64,000 nt of DNA from Octopus sinensis (taxonomy: Eukaryota), in the NCBI RefSeq assembly GCF_006345805.1, contig NC_043015.1, forward strand, positions 46,376,001 to 46,440,000. Direction: 5' to 3'. Within the stretch, counting starts at the first letter, position 1; each line of letters opens with the position of its first letter. This document shows, one piece after another, positions 14,826-28,756 of the stretch. A program made the translations under genes and the position numbers. Under the pieces are notes generated by a model. It searched no databases. It saw only the letters and a list, made by a program, of their open reading frames with translations, and was not told the origin of the DNA.

Positions 14826-14912
14826 ACTTTCCCGAAGAGAAGATTGCATTGTTTATACCTTTTATTCTTTTGAATAAGTATCAGTGGAATTTTCGAAACA
14901 TATGTAGAAAGT
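14826..14912 (+). ncRNA. Type I hammerhead ribozyme motif with long stem II (U4C variant), Penelope-LTR type
   Basis: Stem I actttc/gaaagt; core ccgaaga(14832-38); 13-position stem II gaagattgcattg/cagtggaattttc with one mismatch; GAAA(14895-98); palindromic stem III acatatgt; GUA triplet at 14904-06. Confidence 0.7.
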
Positions 14913-15084
14913 AAAAATACTTGTTTAAACCAGCGTTAACTCCATTTTTTATTCATATACACAACATATATATATATATATATATTACATATATATATAT
15001 ATACATATATATATATGCATATATATATATAATACATATATATATATACATATATATATGTGGTGTGTATGTATATATATATGC

Positions 15085-15122
<38 letters not shown>

Positions 15123-15689
15123 TATATATATATAATATATATAAAATTATATATATATGCGTGTTCACACAATATACATATACATACATATATGTATATA
15201 TACACGCACATTCGCGCGTGCACACAAACATATGCACACACTGAGATGTGTGCCCTGAAGCATACGCAGCGTGTATGATCGTCCATCTTGTCATGCATAA
15301 TATATCTTTATGCATTTGAATTAACTCGATTCCTGCTCCCTTAAAATATTACCCCTTCATTCTGATTTCCTGCATGTGTGTTGCATCATAATTATTTCAT
15401 AATATCCATTACTTGATCACTTCAAAGAAAATATTTAAACTGATTTCAATCATTCTCGCTTTTCTGAAGGAAAATGCCTTATTATGAACGAAAGTATAAG
15501 CAGGGGGAAATAAAACAGGCATACGCATGCGTACACACGTGTTCAAAAACATTAACACTCGCATACTCACGCACAAATACACTCACATATACAGACATAT
15601 GTATATGTCCCACGGACAAAGGAATGGTGTATTGTGACACAATTATTTAGACTCTTGCATTAACAAATTTTACTTTCAAATTTTTGCAA

Positions 15690-16440
15690 AAGGCCGGAAA
15701 TTTGAGGGGAGGTGTAAGCGATTACATCGATTATATCGATTACATCAGTGTTAGACCGATACTTATTTTATCGATTCCGAAAAGATGAAAGGCAAAGTCG
15801 ACCTCGGCGAAATTTGAACTCAGAACGTAACCGTAGACGAAATACCTATTTCTTTACTACCCACAAGGGACTAAACTCAGAGAGGAAAACCAAGGACAGA
15901 CAAACGAATTAAGTCGATTATATCGACCCCAGTGCGTAACTGGTACTTATTTAATCGACCCCGAAAGGATGAAAGGCAAAGTCGACCTCGGTGGAATTTG
16001 AACTCAGAACGTGATGGTGGATGAAATGCCTATTTCTTTACTACCCACAAGGGGCTAAACACAGAGCGGACAAAGAAGGACAGACAAACGGATTAAGTTG
16101 ATTATATCGACCCTAGCGCGTAACTGGTACTTATTTAATCGACCCCGAAAGGATGAAAGGCAAAGTTGACCTCGGCGGAATTTACCGCTAAGTATTTCGC
16201 TCGTCATGCTAACGATTCTGCCAGCTCGCCGCCTAAAACTTTAGCACAAGGACTGCAAATTCTGGACGAAGGATAAGTCGATTACATCGACACCAGTGCA
16301 CTACCAGTACATATTTTATAGACCCCCGAAAGAATAAAAGGCAAAGTTGACCTCGGTGGAATTTGAAACCAGAACGTAAAGACGGACGAAATGCCGCTAA
16401 GCATTTTGGCCGGCGTGCTAACGATTCTACCGGCGCGACG
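15690..16440 (-). mobile_element. SINE family C tandem multimer
   Basis: Repeated ~180-bp internal units. Similar arrays at 2925-3545, 7170-7590, 21280-21605, 32790-33385, 37630-38260, 51452-52260 and 60870-61320. Confidence 0.85.
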
Positions 16441-16664
16441 CCCTGAAAGTAACAAATATTACATTACAAAACAATGACACAGATACGTGTGGTTGTAAGG
16501 CTTGCAAGATACAGCAGCAAAACTTCACTCCAGTCAACCATGTCATCTTAAAACAGACAAGGTACGCATGCCTTCAATATCGTCCATAAAAAGGCAGCTC
16601 AGTCGGGCTTGAATTTGGAATATACAACAATTACTGCTATATTAGATTTACTACAAAACCTAAG

Positions 16665-17030
16665 TGAAGGCACATGGTTCAGTGGTTAGGGCATCGGGCT
16701 CACAATTATGAAGTAGTGAGTTCGATTCCTGTACAGGGCTGTTTGTTGTGTCCTTGAGCAAGACACTTTATTTCAAGTTGCTCCAGTTTACTCAGCTGTA
16801 GAAATGAGTTGCGACATCACTGACGCTAAGCTGTATCGGCCTTTGCCTTTCCCTTGGGTAACATCAGTGGCGTGGAGAGGGAAGGCTGGTATGCATGGGC
16901 GACTGCTGGTCTTCCATAAACAAATTTGTGTCCCGGAGAATTTTCTGGGTCCATTCCCATGGAATTGTTCCCCCGGAGAACTTTGAAGGTGCAATCTCAT
17001 GGTCATTCATAACCGAACGGGGTCTTCTTT
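16665..17030 (+). mobile_element. Older tRNA SINE with CORE-like domain
   Basis: A/B boxes followed by ttgtgtccttgagcaagacactttatttc...ctcagctgtagaaatgag (CORE-SINE-like). Confidence 0.65.
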
Positions 17031-17299
17031 TATCATTCAACACATCCCGCTGCTTATGGTCGATGTAATCGAATTAATCCCTTTGTCTGTCCTTGTTTGT
17101 CCCCTCTATGTTTAGCCCCTTGTGGGCAGCAAAGAAATATATTTATCTACGATGTTCATAAGACGTCTTGAAATAAACTGAATAATGGCGCACATACATA
17201 TACACACGAATATGCATGCAATCATGCTTACGTAAATAATATTATCCAAATGCATATATCTACACCCTTGCATAGAACATTAAACAAAAATTCTGAAAT

Positions 17300-17730
17300 A
17301 GGCGCAGGAGTGGCTGTGTGGTAAGTAGCTTGCTAACCAACCATATGGTTCCGGGTTCAGTCCCACTGCGTGGCATCTTGGGCAAGTGTCTTCTGCTATA
17401 GCCCCGAGCCGACCAATGCCTTGTGAGTGGATTTGGTAGACGGAAACTGAAAGAAGCCTGTCGTATATATGTATATACATATATATGTGTGTGTGTGTGT
17501 GTGTGTGTATATGTTTGTGTGTCTGTGTTTGTCCCCATAGCATTGCTTGACAACCGATGCTGGTGTGTTCACGTCCCCGTCACTTAGCGGTTTGGCAAAA
17601 AGAGACCGATAGAATAAGTACTGGGCTTACAAAAGAATAAGTCCCGGGGGTCGAGTTGCTCGATTAAAGGCGGTGCTCCAGCATGGCCGCAGTCAAATGA
17701 CTGAAACAAGTGAAAGAGAGAGTAAAGAGT
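17300..17730 (+). mobile_element. tRNA-derived SINE family B with internal microsatellite (representative full copy)
   Basis: aggcgcaggagtggctgtgtggtaag...gggttcagtccc...(TA/TG)n...gactgaaacaagt(aagagt)n. Other copies at about 1085-1250, 2170-2575, 5085-5895, 10857-11030, 12182-12592, 21750-22095, 31795-31955, 33800-33960, 40525-40912, 46228-46652, 47417-47615, 50645-51290 and 61380-61640. Confidence 0.9.
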
Positions 17731-18357
17731 AAATATATAAACACATTAGAAAATTTTACACGTTACTAGCCACAATTACATTTATGCACGTCTGGCCCCA
17801 GAGAGTATAATCGAGTGATTATTATAACATTGTATTACTGGTATTCATTTCACCAACTTTTGATATGAATAGTCAAATATGGTGACGATAGAAAGGGAAT
17901 ATTCTATATGATATAATATATATGTATTCTGGTGCTATAAAACATGCATTCAATATGGCTCCTGCTAGTCTGTTCGGAATTCCGTTCTCAGTCCTGGAAT
18001 CAATTAACCTTCAATAAAGAAATCTATGATCAAAGTCTTGTCATACAGAGGGCTTCGATTTTTCCACCGGGAAAATTACTATGCTTATGTATGTATTTAT
18101 TTATTTATTTATGTATGTATGTATGTATGTATGTATGTATGTATGTATGTATGTATGTATGTATGTATGTTATGTATGTAGGTATGCATGTATGTATGTA
18201 TGTTATGTATGTATGTATGAATGTATGTATGTTTGTATGTGTGTATGTATGTATGAATGTATGTATGTTTGTATGTGTGTATGTATGTATGCATATACGT
18301 ATGTATGTGTGTATGCAAGCATAAATGCATGTATATATTATGTATATATACATGTAT

Positions 18358-18438
<81 letters not shown>

Positions 18439-18480
18439 CGCGTGTATGTGCGTGTATATTACATATACGTTTGTATATAT

Positions 18481-18513
<33 letters not shown>

Positions 18514-19045
18514 GGAGATGTGGACCTATATATATATATATATATATACACGCACATATTGGAGGAGAGGGAGAACGAATGGGAAAAAGAGAAGATGGGG
18601 TCTATACACACACACACACACACATATATACGTATATATACGTATGTATTTTGTATGTATGTATAGTTACATTACTACAAGCTAAAGCCAACAATAGCTT
18701 TTAGAATGCCCAACACAAAAGAAGCACTAGAAAACCAAATTGACGGAATGCACAGAACGCAAGTCAATCAACGATCCTCTAATACAAACGCTAACACTTG
18801 ACAACATTCTGAATACGAGTCAATGAAAGAGCTCCTATGAGGTCGGTCAAACTGCTAGATATGACAGCCAAAGATCTCGCAAATCACATGATTCTGTATA
18901 ATAACCGGATACAGATGTACGATAATTATCGAAAGTATATAATGGTAGTTTCATGACTGAAATGGCTTTGACTACGGGTTTCTTTGATCAAGACTGGCAA
19001 ACGTCTAAAAGCATATCTGTGTGCATGGGTGTATATGTGTATGTG

Positions 19046-19098
<53 letters not shown>

Positions 19099-19746
19099 AA
19101 TGGTAAGACTACAAAAGAATGAAAGAGACCTAAATATCATGTAAATAGAAGAATTTACCCGTAGATATTTAATATGTGATAATTATCGGTAGCCATGATA
19201 AAACTCCAAGTTTCGGATGGCGAGTATATATATATATATATATTATATATATATATATATATAATATATATATATTTAAATGGATGAATGAATTATACTT
19301 TGTTTACCGTTAACATGGAAAATTCAATAAGCAGTTACCAGGGTAGCAAAATTCACGCAAGTAATACGGATGAAGCGACCTATTCAAAGGTAGAAACTCC
19401 AGGTTAATGTGCAGTAATTTGTGTTGTATCAGTAAATAAATAGAGTTGAACGAAGATGTTATTAAAATTCTTTCATTTTCGACATATTTTTCGAAGACAA
19501 CATATACATATATATATATGTAAATGTAATATGTGACAATTGATTGAAGAAAAAATTGTGTTTACATCTATACAGCTGTTGAATTCTTTCAATAGAAGAT
19601 GACAAGTTGGTTAATAAAAGTTATTTTTAAAAAACTTTTCTGGATTTATCATCACCCTTGTCCAATGTTTGATTCCTCGTGTTGGTATGGTTAGGAAAAT
19701 CTGGATGTAAGATTGTTTCTATTTATGTATATGTACATATGTATAG

Positions 19747-19799
<53 letters not shown>

Positions 19800-19935
19800 C
19801 GTATGTGTGTGTGTGTTTAATGCAAAATTACAGTTTACTTTACAAAATTGGTCCTTCATCCAGTACAAATCATTACAGGAGTAGTGATATTTCACCAGTC
19901 ACAGCTTTATATATATGCACACAAATATATATATA

Positions 19936-19967
<32 letters not shown>

Positions 19968-20229
19968 GCACATATACACACACAGAGGAGGGACTGCGAA
20001 AGATTCCACTGAGTAACCACTTAGAAATATGTGGAGAAGGAAAATTTAAGATCTCTCCCTTCTATAAGTGACTGGTGAAATATTGAAGTAACGATCTATA
20101 TATAACATTTAAGCATATATACTGATCAAAAGTCATTTAAACTGCAGTATTTTTCTCGAGAAATAGTCTCTTATGGACGTATAGTGTTAAAAATCACATA
20201 AGTTTAATTTTAGTTATTTTCCCCTTTTC

Positions 20230-20410
20230 ATTTGTTTTCCCATTCTCTCATTTATGTTTTCCCATTCTCTCATTTATGTTTTCCCATTCTCTCATTTATG
20301 TTTTCCCATTCTCTCATTTATGTTTTCCCATTCTCTCATTTATGTTTTCCCATTCTCTCATTTATGTTTTCCCATTCTCCTATAGGATTTTCCCATTCTC
20401 CTATTTATGT
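20230..20410. repeat. 22-bp minisatellite (tttatgttttcccattctctca), about 8 units
   Basis: Direct tandem units are visible. Confidence 0.9.
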
Positions 20411-20655
20411 TTTGACTAAAGTTATGAACAATTGTTCAGAAGCTTTCAAAGGCCAGGAATCCTCTTTGTTAATATTGCAAGCCTAAGAGAAAACATGAAC
20501 GTTAGTCAATTCTGTATGAAGAAAGGAATTGTGAGAGAGTTACGTCATGAAAATTCTGTTCCCACGCTTGATGATCTTACTGAAGAGATTGCAACGAGAA
20601 AAATTAATTGAAGCTTTCGGGGTTCTCTCAAAAGTATATTTAAGGGAAGTTCTAA

Positions 20656-21055
20656 TCTTTATATATAAAAGTGAAGTTGTGTGTCTGTCTCCTACGATTT
20701 AGATTCCCCCACTACTCCCACATTTTGCGGTGCAGTTTAACCAAAACCGGGTATCTTATAGTCGTGATTCATATCGAGCCCTTCTGGGTATTAGCGAGCG
20801 TCTACGATGAGTCTACGATTTAAAAAAAATTTACCATCATTTTTTTCCATTTTAATGCATTTTTTCGCTATTATATAAGGGAAGTAACTCTCTAAAAATG
20901 TCAACGATGAGTCAACGATTTTTAAAAAATTTACCATCATTTTTTTTCCATTTTTAATGCATTTTTTTTTTGCTATTTTTTGGCTATAACTCTCTAAAAA
21001 TGCTTATATAGTTATTTCCCTTACAAACCCGAGCAACGCCGGGCGATACTGCTAG
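20656..21055 (+). mobile_element. Non-autonomous Helitron
   Basis: Starts A|TCtttatatataaaag. Ends with hairpin cccgagcaacgccggg followed by CTAG|T. Has an internal ~100-bp tandem duplication (about 20800-21000). Confidence 0.8.
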
Positions 21056-22701
21056 TGATGTATAAAATAAAATGATGTATTTTTCATTTACAGTGATAAG
21101 GCATATATGAGTTTGTGCAGGACCTTCAAGATAGGTGACGAGGCGAAATTAAATACTAAATGGGAATGTCATACACCATACACCTACCCACGGGCTCGCT
21201 CCGCGATGTATGGAACGGAGGAACACAAGCGTCACAACACAAAATAAGGAGGGATATTAGAGAGCCATTTGTAGTGACATTGTCGACTTTGCCTTTCATC
21301 CTTTCGGAGTCGATAAATTAAGTAGCAGTTATGCACTGGGATTGATATAATCGACTTAATCCGTTTATCTATCCTTGTTTGTCCTCTCTGTGTTTAGCCC
21401 CTTGTGGGTAGTAAAGAAATAGGTATTTCGTCTGCCGTTATGTTCTGAGTTCAAATTCCGCCGAGGTCGACTTTGCCTTTCATCCTTTCGGTGTCGATAG
21501 ATTTAGTACCAGTTACGCACTGGGGTCGATGTAACCGACTTAAGCCCTTTGTCTGCCCTAGTTTGTCCCCTCTGTGTTTAGCCACCTGTGGGCAATAAAG
21601 AAATATATTGGCATATAGCTCCTGCCCGTCTTTGTGGCGTAATACGGACAATTTTAAAACGCAGGTGCTTACAATCTTAAAACAGTAAGTAAGAAAATGA
21701 TATTTATCCCCACCTAAACGCAGATGTTTTGTTAGGACAAACTATACTTACCTTGGGTAAGTGTCTTCTGCCATAGCCTCGGACCGACCAGAGCCTTTTG
21801 AGTGGATTTAGTAGACGGAAACTGAAAGAAGCCCGTCGTATATATGTATATATATATATATATGTTTGTATGTTTGTGTGTTGTATTTGCCCCCTCCCCT
21901 CCCCAACATCGCTTGATAACCGATGCTGGTGTGTTTACGTCCCCGTAACTTAGCGGTTCGGCAAAAGAAACCGTTAGAATAAGTACTAGGCTTACAAAGA
22001 ATAAGTCCTGGCTGGGGTCGATTTCCTCGACTAAAGGCGGTGCTCCAGCATGGCCGCTGTGAAATGACTGAAACAAGTAAAAGAGTAAAAGAGTAAAGAT
22101 TAAAGAGTATACATATATAGCGAATATATACATGTATAAACACATACGTGTATGTATATATATATTTATATATTTGCTCCAGCATGGCCGCAGTCAAATG
22201 ACTGAAACAAGTAAATGAAATAAATAAAAAAAAAATGAATGAATAAATATATCAGCGACAGAGGTTGTATTAATAGCGTGGATTCCTTTTATCAAGGAAC
22301 TACTCTCAAAGAAAACCAGCGAATCCATTTTTTTTTCTAAAATAAAGTAATTGCAGTGTATCCTGCTTTAAATGCAACAGTCTTGTGTGGATCTTGAAAT
22401 ACCACGTGAGCAATTTTATTTAGACACACACACACATATACAGACATATATACCTACCTACATACATACATACATACACAAACATATACACGTACGTCAG
22501 TATATACAGGCATATGCAGACATGTCTGTGTATTTGATACTGTCCATGTGTATGTGCATCTCTGCTTCTCTGTTGGCTTGTGTATAGACTCATACATATA
22601 TTCACGCGCATATTATACGTGTACATATATATACATAATATACACATATATATATATATAAATATTTATATTATACATATATATATACATATATTTATAT
22701 T

Positions 22702-22735
<34 letters not shown>

Positions 22736-22755
22736 ATACATATATTTATATTATA

Positions 22756-22787
<32 letters not shown>

Positions 22788-22825
22788 TAATATATAACAT
22801 ATATATATATATATATATAAAAATA

Positions 22826-22856
<31 letters not shown>

Positions 22857-22882
22857 TATATAATATATATATATATAATATT

Positions 22883-22964
<82 letters not shown>

Positions 22965-23232
22965 TGCGTATCTGTATCTATTTATACGTATGATTGGGGG
23001 AAAAAATATAATGAATATTCTATACATGGCCCCCAGAATGTACAATATAATAGGAAATTCTTGAAAGATGCCGCGAGATACTAAAATAGGAAATAAAAAA
23101 GCAGAAGATTTTGATTTTTATCTTTGTTAAAGAAAAGACTCGGCGTTAAGGATCTCTCGTCTGTTATCTTGTGTAATAAGTATTTCCGTCAAGGAAAGCT
23201 GCTCGGGGTATTTCGTTGTAATTACACGAAAA

Positions 23233-23271
<39 letters not shown>

Positions 23272-23650
23272 CAGCAAAAGTCGGTATAGTGTTTGCTTTG
23301 ACATTTTCAAGTTTGCCAAAGAAAGACAGGCCTTTATCGTATTTACACAATAGATGGACTAGTTGGGAAATGGCGGGTGAGAGGGGGGAATATATAAAGT
23401 AAGACGGATTAGATGACAAAATAGAAAAGGACAGAAAGAAAGAAAGAAAGAAAGATAGAAGGAAAGAAAGGAAGAAAGAAAGAAGGAAGGCAATGAGAAT
23501 ACGCACATGCATTCATTAAGACATAGACATACAGATATGAGAATACTTATAGATAAATATATATATAATTATGTATCTGTGTATGTATGCTTGTGTACAT
23601 GCGCACGCGCATACACACATACATATATATGCATATATGTGTATGCATGT

Positions 23651-23692
<42 letters not shown>

Positions 23693-23941
23693 TAAATATG
23701 TTACAAAAAGAAAATATAAAATACCACGTGGAAATGTAAGGGTAAAATATGAAAAATCAACGAAAATGCACATTGCAAATAATAAAAAAAGACTTTTTAT
23801 GACGGGTAACGACAAATATATACATTTAGATGGACTGAGGGAGTAATAAGAGTCATAAAAGTCATTATTATGAGATGATTATAAGATGATAATAAAGTAA
23901 GAGAACAAAGCGAACCATGGTCTCGGCAAAAAGTATTCATC

Positions 23942-23976
<35 letters not shown>

Positions 23977-24959
23977 ATATACAAACATATACATATATGC
24001 ACAGGCATGCAGGAAGTAAATAGACACGTTTAATTTTCAAAATTTCTGATCTAAGCGTCTTAATATGTTTTCAGTGGTGTAGAATTTACAATGTAATTAT
24101 TCTTTTTCATTCTAGGTGCCATTATATTAAGCCTTTGCGAAGAGTACCGATGCTATGCACAAAAAATTCAGCAGAACTTTTAGAGTGAGAGAGGATATTT
24201 TAAAAGAGGAATTTATTAATCATCACCAACCCGAAACATCATTTGAATGTGTACCTTTGAATATACAGAGTCTCAAATGTAGAGCGACATTTTAGAAGAG
24301 ATCTAACAATCGGTCGCACAAATATTGACCAAAATAAAATATACCATTATCCCCACTGGTATTTAAACTATTTAAACTATTGAGTATTTGGAAACGAGAT
24401 CAGCGCGTTAAAACACTAAGTTTTTTAGAGAAACACCTATTGCTTGCTCTGAAACGAAGCCAATAATCTTCGCCAAAATTTAAATCTCTAAAAGATTTAA
24501 CTTTTATTTTTTGAAAGATGATATTAAAATTTAGAAATATAAAAATAAACTACAGTGAAACAGAATTGTATCAAGTTATTTGCAAGCTGGAATACCGCCG
24601 CAAATTATATTCTAGTTCTTACCGGATTTAAAAAGAGCAGTCAATGTTTATAGCGTAAATTTTTTTATATGGTATGGTAGCTATTTGAAGTTATGGTCTC
24701 ACAATTTTGTAGCACATGTTATGAACAGAACTGAGAGCTACTCTGCTGAAAACTGTTGTTCTAAATCCCTTTAAATTAATAAAGCACTCCACCCACCCCC
24801 AGCAATCAAATAGAATTGATATAGTAACCCAAATATCTATTACTCAGTAATATTTTAACAGGAAATCAATCTTTATACTACTTAATAGAGCGAGTCCTCT
24901 TTACTTCAAAGTTATTCAATAAATGTCTTGCAAACAACTTGCACATGCAAGTGCTACCA

Positions 24960-25403
24960 GTCAAGAACTCCGCATACCGGAAGCCAGCAAGTGTATGGGG
25001 TCATCAGGAGAGAATACGCGCTGTTTCGGGGCCTACTTCTCGACGGCATCAATGCGCACCAGCCCTCCTCACTGATATGAGGCCTCGTTTACTAGATCAA
25101 CTGGTTATTAAATAAAGCTCACTATTTCTCTAGCCATTGCTCATCGTCTCCTTTTAACCCAATCCAGTGGCTAGCCTTCTCCACTATAGTTTGGATATCG
25201 GTCATGGTGGTATTGACTTTACGATGAGTTAGGCCTAACGGTAACAACAGTCGTCCCACACTGTGTCCAACAAACCCTCTACATCCAACTTCGATTGGAA
25301 AATGCTCCACTTACCATCCTGCGTCTTCACATTCCTCGAGGAGGTTTACATAACGGTCAATCTTTCGAGCCCGAGCGGCGTCCATGTTATCTTCATGGGG
25401 AAC
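24960..25403 (-). mobile_element. HERO-like (RLE-type non-LTR retrotransposon) 3' fragment
   Basis: Minus frame VPHEDNMDAARARKIDRYVNLLEECEDAGW*VEHFPIEVGCRGFVGHS...VEKASHWIGLK matches the restriction-like endonuclease C-terminus (TVPxE...RKxxKY...GW...PIEVGCRGF). A GC-rich 3' UTR follows. Confidence 0.8.
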
Positions 25404-26747
25404 CAATCTTTATACAACTTAGAAAAAGAGTGCTCTTTGCTTCAAAATGAAAGTTATGCCTGGAGATTCAATAATGAGTTAAGAATATATTAAAACTTCC
25501 ATTTGCGAAACTACCAAGTGCATGATTTTGTCTAAGAGTTGACTGGCTTCATATTCCATGAATATCAGTTCAGAATTGCTACGCCAATTTTCATTATCTC
25601 ACGACATTGATGGTTACATTACAGGGATGTAGGGGTATGGTTTACAGATGTAACCCCACTTTTTACAAATATATATTATGGCTTACAAGAAAGAAAGAAA
25701 GAAAGAAAGAAAAGAAACGTTGTAATTACTGCTTGATAGAAAATAAATTCGTTCGCCTGTTCGCCAAATATAAAGAAATGTTTATATGGAGAATTAGTGT
25801 TTCTTTAGAAACTTTAGCACTGAGCCAATAATCACGTTACCACGTGACCGACTAGCCTATCAGGTGACCGATTAGACTATCAGGTGTGGTTACACTGGTC
25901 ACAATGCGCTTTGCATTGTTTTACCCTTTGAATGACGCCAGCCCGCTGCCTAGGCGAACAAGCCATATTCCTCCCTGATGGAAACCGGGACTGGAACAAT
26001 GTGAAATGAAGTGTTTTGCTCAAGAACACAACACAACAATTAGTCCGGGAATATAACCCACAGTCGCTAGATTGTGAGTGCAATAGCCTAGCCACTAGGC
26101 CATGCTCCTTCAATAATAGTCTGTACAAATTAGAATTTTAAAAGCTGTCGATTACATTTTATCTTGTAATTGGTTTGCGAGATACTTGCCGTGAAATCAA
26201 GTGTTGAATCAAATTTTGTTGTATGGCGGCAGGGTCATTATGACATTTACAACACGGCATTCTACTAGTTAATTGGTTAAACGTTAAGGAATGTGCTACT
26301 AATAATAACGATAAAAGAAGTGAAACATTGCCAGTGCGTGCGTTTATTATTGACATAATGACCCTCCGGAAATACAACAAAATAACATTCTTATTGCATG
26401 TCTCTAGGTGCTAGCCCTAGCTGGTGGGGGTGCTTGCCTCCCCTTCGCAAATATAAGGACACAGTAAATGTGTCAAAGCCGACAGGAAGCGTCGATGCTT
26501 CCTAGGGCTAAATAGCGGTGGTGTAATTCCCTTTACGGGACTCTCACGTTATGTTGACAGTATACAACTACTCTATCGCTGCACCACCGCTCATGTCTCT
26601 CTGAGACATTTAGAAATTCAATATTTCTAACATTCTTATTACTCGCGATAAATTAGTACACCATCTTTCCGCGCATGCAATTCGAACTCACGAGACTAAT
26701 ACACCGGACCACTGAGCTTGTAGAGGGATAGGTTATGAAGTTAGTTA

Positions 26748-27042
26748 ATTTGTTCCTTCTCGGGCCATGCCTGGCTCATAAGGGCCGGTTTCCCGGTTTC
26801 TTGGCGTGTAGGTTCCCCACCTGGACGGGACGCTGGTCCATCGCAGGTGAGCTGCAAGATGAAAGAGTGAGAGAAAGTTGTGGCGAAAGATGGGGCAGAA
26901 GTTTCGCCATTACCTTCTGCCGGAGCTACGTGGAGCTTAGGTGTTTCGCTCATAAACACACATATCGTCCGGTCTGAGATTCGAACCCGCGATCTCTCGA
27001 CCGCGAGTCCGCTGCTCTAACCACTAGGCCATGTGCCTCCAC
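26748..27042 (-). mobile_element. SINE family A variant with Meta-like domain
   Basis: TSD aggttatgaagtt. Contains ctgcgatggaccagcgtcccgtccagg. Confidence 0.8.
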
Positions 27043-27103
27043 AGGTTATGAAGTTGGCTATTCAATGTATTTGTTGCCATGAATTACCGTTGAAATGTCT
27101 TCT

Positions 27104-27487
27104 TGAAGCACTCCGTCGGTTACGACGATGAGGGTTCCGGTTGATCCGATCAACGGAACAGCCTGCTCGTGAAATTAACATCTAAGTGGCTGAGCACTCC
27201 ACAGACACGTGGACCCTTAACGTAGTTCTCGGGGATATTCAGCGTGACACATAGAGTGACAAGGCTGGCCCTTTGAAATACAGGTACAACAGAAACAGGA
27301 AGTAAGAGTGAGAGAAAGTTGTGGTGAAAGAGTACAGCAGGGATCACCACCATCCCCTGCCGGAGCCTCGTGGAGCTTTAGGTGTTTTCGCTCAATAAAC
27401 ACTCACAACGCCCGGTCTGGGAATCGAAACCGCGATCCTACGACCGCGAGTCCGCTGCCCTAACCACTGGGCCATTTCGCCTCCACC
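27104..27487 (-). mobile_element. SINE family A, tail type 2
   Basis: TSD ccgttgaaatgt. Near-identical to 4114-4500. Confidence 0.9.
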
Positions 27488-28340
27488 GTTGAAATGTAAG
27501 AAATTTGAGTCAACAGAAACATTTTGTTAGCATCAGGCAGACACGTGAATGTGTAGCAGACTGTGGAGCTGGTGTATTGACTCATTGAACAGCACATGAA
27601 GGTCAAGCTGCGATGATTCATTCCGAAAAAGCTGTGGAATTAATTATCATAATTGATTACCTACGCTACAAGATAATATTGGTTAAACCAAATCTTCTTA
27701 TGATATCTTGCAAAATTTAGAATTTAGAATTAAAATACACGTAATACTAAAAATGATGGCAAGTTGCCGACCAGCCAAATCACAAAATCAGTTTCCATTT
27801 CCGAGTGGGTCGGCTTTGGTGTACTTACACTAAAATGGCCAGTTTTCAGAGAATTTTGAAACTATTTATAGTATATTTAAAGCAATATAGTATATTTTGA
27901 AGTTATTTTCCTAGATTATCGTGTCTCATATTTCGCAATTATCTGTCTTTGCCAAAAGTGATGCTATGAAGCAATGCACACTATGTTTGTTTTCTGAGCA
28001 TCTCTGGAATCATTAAAACAACAAATGAAACCAGATATGTGGACGTAATTATTTATGTGTCCATTATTCAATAAAGATGCCGAAACCACAAAGAAAAGAA
28101 AATTGAAATTAATACAATCAGAATTCTCAACTGGATTCTGAAATGATTGCTATCTGTTAATAAACTAGGAGGAAATACACTACCGGGGAGATAATAATAA
28201 TAACCATTGATTCACGGGTTAACTGTTTTCATTGTTGTTGTCGATGTTAGTGGTTGTTGTTGTTGTTGTTGTTAAGCAACAAGACGGGTAAGGGTGATTA
28301 GGTGATGGTCTAGGGATTAGGGACGGGAGACTCCAAACCT

Positions 28341-28537
28341 TCAAAACAAAAACTTTGGTCGTCTTGTTGTAGTCGAGGGCTCTTCGTTGACGCCCGACAC
28401 CACTGGGAGGTGGCCCTCGAAGTCGCTGGAAATGGAGATCTCCAGGTCCAAATTCTTGGACGGCCGATGTTGGTGGTGGTAGTGGTGGTAGTGGTGGTAG
28501 AGATGTGTGGATCCAGCTCGACCTTGAACGAGCAGAC
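28341..28537 (-). CDS. Candidate terminal exon of an unidentified - strand gene
   Basis: GC-rich island with no other copy seen in this window. The frame GLLVQGRAGSTHLYHHYHHYHHQHRPSKNLDLEISISSDFEGHLPVVSGVNEEPSTTTRRPKFLF* has marked third-position GC bias. There is a possible ccatag|GT phase-1 acceptor with a weak pyrimidine tract. No family recognised. Confidence 0.35.
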
Positions 28538-28756
28538 CTATGGCACACATTGAACGGTTCGAATATTCATGTGCAATTTTGTATTCACCTTTGTGGATAT
28601 ATAACATTTTCCTCAAGTGAAAAACTACATTACACATTTTATCATATAACGAACATTTTTAGACGCCGCCGTCTAAGATGTTTACCTCTCTCCTGTCTCA
28701 AAATGCTAAAGTACGTACAATATATTCCATAATTTTCTCGATATTTTGGTTAGAGA

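Noticed and set aside
20230-20410. CRISPR-like array
   Set aside because: Contiguous 22-bp units with no spacers, in a eukaryotic context. It is a minisatellite.
13441-23815. Many 60-140 aa ORFs rich in YI/CV/HT repeats
   Set aside because: They are translations of (TA)n, (TG)n and (TATG)n microsatellites.
24995-25035. GAAA...CUGAUGA on the minus strand as a type II hammerhead
   Set aside because: The flanks are cccc and cccc and cannot form stem II. It is better explained as HERO 3' UTR.
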